A stretch of DNA of 64,000 bases from the NCBI GenBank assembly GCA_040437565.1, contig JBDOQK010000033.1, positions 248,001 to 312,000 of the forward strand, written 5' to 3'. The position numbers and the translations under genes were made by a program. The notes beneath the pieces were generated by a model. The model was not told where the DNA came from, searched no databases, and saw only the letters and a list, made by a program, of their open reading frames with translations. This document shows, piece by piece, positions 1 to 10,499 of this stretch (position 1 is the stretch's first letter; each line of letters opens with the position of its first letter). Source of the DNA: Albugo candida (Eukaryota).

Positions 1-1220
1 GCCTGTGCTTGGGCTTGAGCGTGAGCGTGCGCATGTGCTTGAGCTTGAGCTTGTGCCTGAGCGGATTGCTGTTGTCGCGAGGTCGCCATCGCCATCTGAT
101 GCAATCCAAGATTCGATAATTGTTGTGGCTGAAGCGCTAACGATCCGCCGAGATATAAATTAGGGTCCGCAAAAAGAGCCGACACATTGTTATTCTGTAG
201 CATGTAATTGGCAACTTGTTGTGCATTGTTCAATAGTGGCCGATTCGTAGCTTCATAGTTCCCATCTTGCGTCATTGCCATCGAACTGGACGTTGCGCTA
301 CTGACTCTGGTACTGGCTGTGCTGCGTGTGGTATTCGCTCCTTTCTCCATCGATTCCATCGAATTTCTCGCGGACAGACTTCCCGATCGCCGATTCGATA
401 TCGTCCCATAAAACATACTCGGTGACGATCCTGAGCGCTTCATTGTACGATATTTATCCTTCAGCTGGACATTTGTTCGATCATTGAATTGCGGTCCTAA
501 ATCCTTATCGGATAGAATCAAAGACCATACATTCCTCTGCCCGTGATACCGCTTCACGCCTTCCAACAGCGCTCGCTCTTCCACAGGTGTGAATGGACGA
601 TATTTTCGATGATTCTTCCGATTCTCCGTGTAAATCGATAATTCCGGCTTTGTTTTGATCAGTGTGCGCCATTTATCCTTTAAATCCACGCCACTACGCC
701 CGTGAAACAATGGACCGAGGATCGGGTCGCGCAGAATAGAGCTCCACGGACAGCTGTCGTCGGCGTATCGCTGAACGCCTGTGATCAATGCTGTGACTTC
801 GTGAGGGCAGTATTTGCGTCTTTTGCCTTTGACGCGTTCACCAATGTTCTCACAGTCCAAAGAGCCGTTCAAAACGTAGCCGCTGAACGCCTGTGAGTTT
901 CCCGCGTCAACTGAAGCCGTTGGCGTTGGGAGTGAATTTCCCGACGATACAGACGCCAAAGAAGCGCCGGATGCTGCTGCATTCATTGCTGCTGCATTTG
1001 CGACCAAATTGACCGCTAATGAGTGTGCTGCTGCCACGTTTTGCGCTGCATTGGAGTGAAAATTAGGTGTGTAATGCAACGTCTGATGGAACTGATTCGG
1101 CGTGAACGCGTTTTGAAATTGCTGCTGCTGCTGGATCTGCTTCAACTGCTGCATCTGAAGCTGCTGGAATTGCGAAGTCTCATCGTTTCCGTGCAGATTC
1201 TTTGTCGCAGTGCGCGCCAT
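1..1220 (-). CDS. Tandem telobox-type Myb/SANT DNA-binding protein (TRF/TRFL-like), 3' end outside window
   Basis: Manual translation; absent from the ORF track because it runs off the edge. ATG at 1220 (MARTATKNLH...), Q/A-rich N-terminus, two Myb repeats ending FHGRSGVDLKDKWRTL (~660-707) and FNDRTNVQLKDKYRTM (~441-488), then an AQ/AH dipeptide tail at 1-62. Confidence 0.85.
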   Translation of the reverse strand, partial: MARTATKNLHGNDETSQFQQLQMQQLKQIQQQQQFQNAFTPNQFHQTLHYTPNFHSNAAQNVAAAHSLAVNLVANAAAMNAAASGASLASVSSGNSLPTPTASVDAGNSQAFSGYVLNGSLDCENIGERVKGKRRKYCPHEVTALITGVQRYADDSCPWSSILRDPILGPLFHGRSGVDLKDKWRTLIKTKPELSIYTENRKNHRKYRPFTPVEERALLEGVKRYHGQRNVWSLILSDKDLGPQFNDRTNVQLKDKYRTMKRSGSSPSMFYGTISNRRSGSLSARNSMESMEKGANTTRSTASTRVSSATSSSMAMTQDGNYEATNRPLLNNAQQVANYMLQNNNVSALFADPNLYLGGSLALQPQQLSNLGLHQMAMATSRQQQSAQAQAQAQAHAHAHAQAQAQ

Positions 1221-2245
1221 TTTGATGAATTATTGGAAGCGGAAATCTACACATAATGAATATTACATAAATGATCATTTCCGCGAGTAGGGATGGGAAT
1301 GACCTCGAGTGAGAAAAGGCTTCGTGATGTGAATTGCCCTTTTCCCGGAAAAATAGGCGCACTGAATGGAAGTTATCGGAAGAGGGAATAGGCTCACTGT
1401 CGAGTTGAGGTCTTGGTATCGAAATAGAAAATAGCGTCAGAACGATATAAATAGATACAGCTGGAAGGGATGAAATGGCTTCAGGTGGAATTGTTCCCTT
1501 ATCCACGCATGTAGGCATCCCTTCCCCTACATTAAAGAATCTAAATATAGCAAAGACCTACCTCGACGGATGAATTCGGTGGAATGTGGCTTGTGGTGCG
1601 ATCGGATACGCGATTATATAGGCTAATTCTTTGGGGATAGGCGGACGAATCGGATTGTTGGTACACCTGGACGCGATGCAGGTGAAGCGATAGAATTCGT
1701 TGCAATTAGCTCGCTTGTAATTGGCCAGGGTGGTTTTGATGTTTATTTTTGATTCAAAAAGAGGAAATGGGGAAATATTAGGTGTTTTTCCCTTTTCCCT
1801 CCCTACTCGTGGTATGAATTACAACCAATCATTATCATCAGTCCATAAAAAAACCATACGCAAAGAGAATGCAACATGAGGTTTTATCAACCATAAAGGA
1901 TGGGAGTATTCACGCTGTAACAAACACACAATCGCGTCCATGTCGTCCACTCATGTCCATTACAAACATACGCTCTTTTACTTCGTATGCGACTTGTATG
2001 CACATCGTATAAACATTCAGTTTTTTTGCATCGTGCGAACGATCAAAAAAAGTATACGATCGCTTTACGTTGCCCTAACTATTCCCTCTTTCCCTACTCC
2101 CGGCTCATCTGATTGGAAGACGGCTTTTAGAATTACTTACCACAGAGGGTTTCAGAAACGCAAACGCATTCCATCCGTCTGCGACAAAACACATGCCAGG
2201 ATAATGGCACATAAATTACAAAAATAGCATACATGCCTTCCTTAT

Positions 2246-3602
2246 CTACATTATAGCACTAAAAACAGGATTATGCCGCGCAATTCGTGGGCCTTCTTCC
2301 TCGTATTGAGCTTTTGTGTGGCACACCTTATAAAATCCCGGCGTCGACGCCACCATGCTTCCTCCAAACCAAACAGCATATCGCTGCATTCGATGCGATA
2401 ACACGTTCACTTGCAAAGGCTCCGCATTCACTTCTCCAAACTGCGAATGCAACTGCAAATTCTCTTGTTGTCGCTCATCCACTAAGCGTTTGATATCTCG
2501 CTGTAAACGCCTTCCAAAATCCTTAAACATTGTGCTCCCACCAGATAACACTATATTCTTGTAAAGGCCTCGTCGCGTATCGATTGGACATTTGAGAATC
2601 GCATTGTCGACGACATTGGGCAATGGGGTTTGGAAATCTGTAGAGAATATTTCTGGATTGAAAAAGATCTCTGCAGCTAGAAACTGTTCGTATCCAACAT
2701 CCATTTCCATCGGTTGTTTCAATCGCGTTGTGTCCTTGTAAGGGATGATGTATTTCTCCGGCTTGGCATCGTATTTCTTGAATTCCTTGACAATGTCCGA
2801 GCACACATACCCGTACTTCTCCTTGATTCGTTTCGATACATCCAGGGATTCTTCTGGAGGAATGTTTTCTCCACGATCTCGAAGCATTTTCTGGATAAAG
2901 TGGGTCACATCGCGACCTGCGAGAGGAATGTGTCGAATACAGCTCCCAATAACGTAGCCATCCGCAACTGGAATCACGTGTGTCACACCATCGCCGGAAT
3001 CAATCACGGTTCCTGTCAGTGAGCGTTGTGATGGATCCTTGATTTTGGGCCAGGACGCATACAGAGCCAATACTGCCTGGACGGCAATGTATAGGCCCGG
3101 AACGTTGAAAGTTTCAAACATGATTTCTGCTGTGTATTCTCGATTTTCTGGAGGATTCAACGGCGGCTCTGTTAACAGCATATAATGCTCTTCTGGCTCA
3201 CAACGTAAATGCTGAAAGAGACACCGCTGCCACATCTTTTCCATATGATCCCAATTTTGAATGACTCCTTGACTGATTGGATAATGAACCTGATGCGTGC
3301 TTGTGTGCATAAACGCCTAAAAATCGTTGTATAAGACGATAGAAATCGCAAAGAGCGCGGAACGGAGTACCTCATTACCGATGTAATAATCCAAATCCTC
3401 GATTCCTTGGCGACTTCGCACGTTTGAATCAGAGCCTCCTATCGCGATTGTGGAAGGGATTATATAGCTGGGCTCAGCGTTCCCCGCATACCCCATCTTT
3501 GTGTACCTACCACGGACAATCAGATGTTGCATTCATTACGTTATGCTGAAGAAAACATCAAGCAAACCCAGTTCCATTATCGATAACAACCGTCGGCTTC
3601 AT
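2246..3602 (-). CDS. ARP3: Actin-related protein 3 (Arp2/3 complex); exons 3602-3568, 3506-3371, 3316-2246
   Basis: Spliced N-terminus [25 protein letters not shown] introns at 3507-3567 and 3317-3370; Arp3-specific motifs [60 protein letters not shown]. Confidence 0.96.
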
Positions 3603-3842
3603 GTATATCTACCGAACGCTCTTAAATAAAGGCTCTATGCTATAATTATAATTTGATGGCATTTTGTGGCTATGATACGAAATAAACACAAAGTTGCCAT
3701 TCCCGGTGCGATCCATCACGCAATGTACCCCTCGTACAATTCCCTCTCACGCGGGCCTGACGAGCATTGGACGCCAGAAAATCGGTTCTTTACACTCCGT
3801 AGCGCTCTGGCATTCCATCCCAATCATCCAATTAATTGCAGC

Positions 3843-6213
3843 TCATAACGTTGGTAGTACTTTTGATCTCAAATGGAATGCAATTTGCATCGCATTAGGA
3901 CGTTCTTCCGGGTCCAACGCGAGACACGAGCGTGCAAGTCGTTCCAATGCTGGCGGACAGTCTTCAGAAAACCGCGGAGATACCTTTCCAGACGATAACA
4001 TTGGCAACAACTCGATTCCTTCCTTATCCAATACCAACGTTTGCTCACAACTGCTATTTCGTAAATGCTCCAATTCCGGAGTGAAATGATACGGGGGATA
4101 ACACGTATCCAATTCACTCAACACGATACCAAAGGAGTAAACGTCCGCTTTCTCCGTATATTTGTCGCCGCGTAAAACTTCCGGAGCCGTCCACAAAAAG
4201 GTGCCAACGCCCGACGTCATATTTTCATCCAATAAAACCTCTCGACTCAGTCCGAAATCATTCAATTTGGCTTCATACTTGTCACTGATCAAAACATTGA
4301 GCGATTTGATATCCCGATGGACGATCGGAACTGCCATGGAATGCAGATACACCAGAGCGTTTGCGATATTGGTGGCGATACCGAGCTTTCCATTCNNNNN
4401 NNNNNNNNNNNNNNNNNNNNNNNNNNNNNNNNNNNNNNNNNNNNNNNNNNNNNNNNNNNNNNNNNNNNNNNNNNNNNNNNNNNNNNNNNNNNNNNACTGC
4501 CATGGAATGCAGATACACCAGAGCGTTTGCGATATTGGTGGCGATACCGAGCTTTCCATTCCGCCACGTCAATTGTACGCTTTGCAAATCCTCTTTTGCT
4601 CGGCGAATATTGCGCAACACATGAGATAGATCGCCTCCTTCCATATACTCAGACACCATGCAGAGTTCCGGGAGTGTTCGCCAGGCCAAGCCCACAAAGC
4701 GAACAATGTTGGGATGATGAAGACTCGAAGATAGGCGTATTTCTTGTGCGAATCTTTCGAGCGATCTTAGTCCATTTATTCCGATCGACTCGGCCGTCTG
4801 TGAGGAGCGGAAGACTTCCATTTTGGTACATGCTACAAGTGAATCTTTTCTCCCGCTTTTAGTGATGAGGTTCGTCGACTGTAAAGCATGATCAATTTCC
4901 TTGATTTGATCCGTTGTGAACATGCGTTTCACCGCAACAAACTGGCCGTCATATTCTGCTTTCCAGACTTCACCATTCGCTTTTCTCGCAACACAAGTCG
5001 TCAAGTGAATGCTTGCGTATGCGATCCGCTTCATAATGAGCTGAGAATCATCGAAAAACTGCCCAAGCTTTTCAGATTGTTTCAAATAAATTTGATTTTT
5101 GACATCAATGTCTGTTGTCCCCCACCATCCGCCTTGTTTCTGTCGCTTTTGATCCTGCACAAATGCTTGGCTTTTGGGCACAGTCTCCAACATTGCAACC
5201 TGATGAGCTCCACTAAGACGTTGTACGTTTCTAAATGGCAAGGTTCCTTGCTCTGACGATCGATGGTACATACAGCTATACGCTTCTTTGGTCATGGAAT
5301 TCTGCCGTAGAACTGACCGCAGACGATAAAACAAGTAGCTGCACAATACACCAGCGACGAGTAATGCTATCGCCAAAATCACAGCGATCATAGAGTAATT
5401 AGTCGCTTGATCGATTTTTGAAAGCTTGAGTGTCGTGTCTAATTGCTCGAGCCATAAATCGATAAGGAATGACTTTTCAGGTCGACACCATTGCGACAAA
5501 CTATTGCTAACGTCTGTTTTTGTCAATTTACGACAAGGAACGATAAACGACGCTTTGTTGGGACAATTGTTCTTTGAGAATTGAATCTGAGGCTTTTCCT
5601 CAATCAAATAGAAATAACTCGAATTCGCTCCATTTTGCCGCGCTACATTCGGGTTGTCCACATACTTTGTGATTTGAATTTGGGATCCTCCATCCAACGT
5701 CCCGTCTTCTGACCACATGGGATTCCTACTGATGGAAGGAACATGAGCATCTTCTAAGATCCCACACCGTGTCGCTGTTTCGACTTGATCGACAAAGCAA
5801 GTGTCTTGGGATGAAAACACAAGAGAGAACGCATTGCACGTATCGTAATTGCATGCTTGTCGATCTGACATGCTACCCCATACGTACCCTCGTGCAATAA
5901 ACACATCGTTCATTGTCTTCCCGCAATTCACATAAACCTGTTGTAATTCTGTGGTATCGCGTGCCGGAAGCAAGCCATGCTCCCATAATAGAGCGCCCTG
6001 TAATGTAGTGGGAAGTTGGAGAAATTTATGATTTCCTATGCGCGTTCGTATGACTTCAGGCACTTTTTCTTCTGTGAGAAACGGAATCGACGGCATCGCT
6101 TTATGGTTCGCTGTTTGCATCGTGTAGTATTGCGCGGGGACGTCGATGCTTCCATGACCGAATTTGAGAATACTAAATAATACCAGAAACGAGCGACAAG
6201 ACTGGTGTCGCAT
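3843..6213 (-). CDS. Single-pass receptor-like TKL protein kinase (signal peptide, Cys-rich ectodomain, TM, kinase), split by an assembly gap
   Basis: ATG 6213 MRHQSCRSFLVLFSILKFGHG; TM MIAVILAIALLVAGVLCSYLFY; VAVK, HPNIVRFVG, HRDIKSLN, DFG, WTAPE, DVYSFG. The ~65 bp either side of gap 4396-4495 are duplicated, so the two track ORFs join into one gene. Confidence 0.9.
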
Positions 6214-7107
6214 GCTATTGAGTTTCTTATGAGGATAGAACACTAGGAATGCAATTCGCTCCGTTGTTGACCGGTCTTTCCATCACATTTACGTGTCGGG
6301 GACCCTGCACAGTCACATGTAGAATCCTTTGGAAATTAAGGATTCGAGATAATTGATATGGATGAGGTGCTTATTTGGTCAATGCAAGACTGTATAAACG
6401 AATAGATCATGGCAATTTATTATTCGCGTGGCTTATGGGAGTTGATGATCTTTTCATGATCATTTTATCTAGTCTATGCGTTTTAAAGAGGCAGAAAGCA
6501 TCTCTCGATCCTGAGGATAGCATGTGTTCTTGGAGCAATATGATTTGTGAAAGGTACAATAGCTTTTACCCATCAACCGCCTTCCACGTCGCTGCTATCA
6601 AAGGCGCCGCTCATGTGCTTACTAAATTTAAATAACCCACAACATGACTCAATTACAGAGAATTTCAATGCTTTAGAGATTGAACGATCATCCGTTATAA
6701 TTCCGCCGGTTGTGTCTGTTACATATCACTCAGCTTATACTTTCCAAAGTTCGAGCTCGGTAATCTCCTCAGTCCCCATACGCGACAACCCGCATAAATC
6801 TACTCGGCGGTTAGCTAGAGTAGCTTTCGACAGTGGTTTTTGACCATAGCGCGACACTTTTTCAGCGCGCACTGATGCTTTTCTACCTGTGCGTTTCCTG
6901 CACCGTATAGTATGATAACTTGTGGAAATAATTATAAGCTTTGTATAGAATTAGTGTAAAAATCGAAGGCAGCAANNNNNNNNNNNNNNNNNNNNNNNNN
7001 NNNNNNNNNNNNNNNNNNNNNNNNNNNNNNNNNNNNNNNNNNNNNNNNNNNNNNNNNNNNNNNNNNNNNNNNNNNTGTTGGTATCGCTTGGCTGAGATGT
7101 GATGTCG

Positions 7108-7120
7108 CATTTCTCGATTT
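7108..7120 (+). promoter_or_regulatory. Oomycete Inr+FPR core promoter of NH-like copy 1 (also 17975-17987 and 22682-22694)
   Basis: CATTTCTCGATTT / CATTTCTCATTTT fits the CATTYBNNNWTTY core, ~60 nt upstream of each paralog's ATG. Confidence 0.55.
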
Positions 7121-7168
7121 TGATCATCCGCACCACCACCCAATAGCTCAAGGACTTTCTCATCGCGT

Positions 7169-9707
7169 ATGTATCGCTTCAAAACTCGGTACCAACTGAT
7201 CTGGTTATCGATTCTGTGTCAATTCTCCCTTAATTTTGGAATGCGGAAGTCTTCGTGCATTTGGATCACTGACGCGAGAGACGGTGATATACTTTTGATG
7301 GATCTACTGGCAAGATCCGGCAAGGTGGAAAGACGCTGCCCAATGGGATTGCATATTGGCATTGTGCTTCCCAGCCCAACCAAGAAAACAATGGTGTCAA
7401 AAGCTTTCAATATCAACATGCATGACAGAAAAAAAGTGAAGATTTATTTGGGCGCGACAACAACAAAAGATCCAAATGGCAGGCTCCCTTTTGATGGCAG
7501 AAACACAGAGTTCAGTGATTTTCTCAAAAAACATATGTCCGAGGACACTAGCATCCGTATGTTGATCACCGCACCATGCGTAGACCTCGCACTTGCCATC
7601 GAACAATCCGAGTCCGTCACGGATGTAGACACAATCCAAGAGTTATTTTGGGCAGGTGGTATTTATGAAGAAAACAAGCAGTTTTTTGCAGCCTATAACT
7701 GGAAGAGAAACATATCTGCGACGCTAGCCATCCTCGGTATCAAGGAGCTACGACTCAAAAGTATTATTGTTACAAAGAATTCACACCCGTACGGGCTGAA
7801 GATGAACAGCCTTTCTTTTCCCCTTCTCATTCAAATGGTAGCCAACGTGTATGGTAAATATAATGCTCATAAAATAAAGGTAGGGGCCAAGTACGTGGGG
7901 GCTGAGCACTGGGAGTTATCCATTTTTAGTGACAATTTTGTGGCTACTATGCTCATGTTCTACCCAGAATGTATCAAGCAAAAACATTTGGTCAAATATA
8001 CGCTCGAAAAGAAGGAACTTTCTGATCCAAATTCTGATGCGGATGCGGTCATAGCGGACATACCCAGAGAACATGAGATGCCCGCGCTTGAGCACCCCAA
8101 AATTGAGACTCCAACGCCTAACGAAGAACCCCCAAGGAAACCCATTCTCTACCAGCATCTGTTCGTGAAGGCGCTTGAGCACCCCAAAATTGAGACTCCA
8201 ACGCCTAACGAAGAACCCCCAAGGAAACCCATTCTCTACCAGCATCTGTTCGTGAAGGCGCTTGAGCACCCCAAAATTGAGACTCCAACGCCTAACGAAG
8301 AACCCCCAAGGAAACCCATTCTCTACCAGCATCTGTTCGTGAAGGCGCTTGAGCACCCCAAAATTGAGACTCCAACGCCTAACGAAGAACCCCCAAGGAA
8401 ACCCATTCTCTACCAGCATCTGTTCGTGAAGGCGCTTGAGCACCCCAAAATTGAGACTCCAACGCCTAACGAAGAACCCCCAAGGAAACCCATTCTCTAC
8501 CAGCATCTGTTCGTGAAGGCGCTTGAGCACCCCAAAATTGAGACTCCAACGCCTAACGAAGAACCCCCAAGGAAACCCATTCTCTACCAGCATCTGTTCG
8601 TGAAGGCGCTTGAGCACCCCAAAATTGAGACTCCAACGCCTAACGAAGAACCCCCAAGGAAACCCATTCTCTACCAGCATCTGTTCGTGAAGGCGCTTGA
8701 GCACCCCAAAATTGAGACTCCAACGCCTAACGAAGAACCCCCAAGGAAACCCATTCTCTACCAGCATCTGTTCGTGAAGGCGCTTGAGCACCCCAAAATT
8801 GAGACTCCAACGCCTANNNNNNNNNNNNNNNNNNNNNNNNNNNNNNNNNNNNNNNNNNNNNNNNNNNNNNNNNNNNNNNNNNNNNNNNNNNNNNNNNNNN
8901 NNNNNNNNNNNNNNNNCCATTCTCTACCAGCATCTGTTCGTGAAGGCGCTTGAGCACCCCAAAATTGAGACTCCAACGCCTAACGAAGAACCCCCAAGGA
9001 AACCCATTCTCTACCAGCATCTGTTCGTGAAGGCGCTTGAGCACCCCAAAATTGAGACTCCAACGCCTAACGAAGAACCCCCAAGGAAACCCATTCTCTA
9101 CCAGCATCTGTTCGTGAAGGCGCTTGAGCACCCCAAAATTGAGACTCCAACGCCTAACGAAGAACCCCCAAGGAAACCCATTCTCTACCAGCATCTGTTC
9201 GTGAAGGCGCTTGAGCACCCCAAAATTGAGACTCCAACGCCTAACGAAGAACCCCCAAGGAAACCCATTCTCTACCAGCATCTGTTCGTGAAGGCGCTTG
9301 AGCACCCCAAAATTGAGACTCCAACGCCTAACGAAGAACCCCCAAGGAAACCCATTCTCTACCAGCATCTGTTCGTGAAGGCGCTTGAGCACCCCAAAAT
9401 TGAGACTCCAACGCCTAACGAAGAACCCCCAAGGAAACCCATTCTCTACCAGCATCTGTTCGTGAAGGCGCTTGAGCACCCCAAAATTGAGACTCCAACG
9501 CCTAACGAAGAACCCCCAAGGAAACCCATTCTCTACCAGCATCTGTTCGTGAAGGCGCTTGAGCACCCCAAAATTGAGACTCCAACGCCTAACGAAGAAC
9601 CCCCAAGGAAACCCATTCTCTACCAGCATCTGTTCGTGAAGGCAATACATAAGAATGAATTTGAAAGCATAGTCATTAAGCTTTTTACAAGATTCATTCC
9701 GCTATAG
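7169..9707 (+). CDS. Secreted nucleoside-hydrolase-like protein, copy 1, with 29-aa tandem repeat tail (spans gap 8817-8916)
   Basis: Signal-like N-terminus; WITDARDGD, LITAPCVDLALAI, FWAGG, AYNWKRN, FSDNFVATMLMFYPE follow the IU-NH motif order; ends HLFVKAIHKNEFESIVIKLFTRFIPL*. Confidence 0.75.
8084..9641 (+). repeat. Coding minisatellite, 87-bp unit (ALEHPKIETPTPNEEPPRKPILYQHLFVK), at least 16 full + 2 partial identical copies
   Basis: Units start at 8084, 8171 ... 8780 (partial) and 8946 ... 9555. No visible substitutions. True copy number is hidden by the gap. Confidence 0.97.
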
Positions 9708-10055
9708 TACTATCGGAGTAATAATCAAGATCCAAACGAGGTGAAACCTTTTAGTGCTGTTTCTCTCTTCTCATCGCTGCAGAGTGATTTGTACTAGTCA
9801 CATGTAGCATCGTCGCCTTCTGCAGCTCCTACAGCCGCAATAGTGTGACATTATTGTGATACCATCAATGCTGCCTTATAATCGGCCGTGAGTCTACGAT
9901 ACAGCTAGCGATTCAATGTAAAGATGCGATTAGAATATTCATTTCAGCATTACAAAATGATGCTATGTGTATTTTGTTTAGTTGGAGGACCCAAGGCTAC
10001 TCTTAGTAAAAGCTCTAATCTGGAACAAGTGATCGACAGGGGTGAGAGTGACTAA

Positions 10056-10191
10056 TCGAAAGTAATTGGCCATCTCAATTGACTTGGTCGACCGTGATGC
10101 CAACTATGGGCGGCGAACAAGATATCTTATTTGCGGCCCATAATTAGCATCACGGTCGCCCAAGTCAATTGAGATGGCCAATTACTTTCGA
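10056..10191. repeat. 136-bp loopless palindrome (fold-back)
   Basis: Two 68-bp arms centred on GAT|ATC (10123/10124); outer 32 bp perfect; 6 mismatches in total. Confidence 0.92.
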
Positions 10192-10499
10192 CTACACACA
10201 TAATTCAAGCAGTAATTGAGTACAACCGAGAATGTAACCGTCCGTTTCGTGTGGTGTCAAGTGACAAACGGCGTTATAAAGCAGTGTGCACACAACGTGG
10301 CTCTTTGTTCGTTGTGCAGTTTGCCTTTTCGCGAACATTCAGCCTTCCAACGAAGTTTGGTTTGCACTCCTGTGAAGTATCCGAATCGTCAAAGGCGTCT
10401 CGTAGATATACAACTGCTTAACAAATTGCTTTAAATTCTGCAGTCACAGATATGGCTATAATCACCAGTAGGAAAGTGACTCCCGTGATGATCCAAACG

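Noticed and set aside
702-1518. Short track ORFs 702-896, 1023-1256 and 1180-1518
   Set aside because: Antisense or out-of-frame to the Myb gene, or within its probable 5' UTR/intron.
4331-4561. Kinase frameshift or duplication suggesting a pseudogene
   Set aside because: Overlap around gap 4396-4495; merging restores one ORF. The same artefact occurs at 39998-40097 and 43084-43183.
7169-7330. RxLR-EER translocation motif in the NH-like proteins
   Set aside because: No RxLR or CHxC motif follows the signal peptide; the NH-like domain starts immediately, so host-cell entry is not supported by sequence.
8084-9641. CRISPR-like regular array
   Set aside because: Head-to-tail identical 87-bp units with no spacers, in-frame within a coding gene, eukaryotic context, no cas genes.
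7916-9650. Long minus-strand ORFs (RRWSLNFGVLKRLHEQ... repeats)
   Set aside because: Antisense shadow of a stop-free 3n repeat unit.
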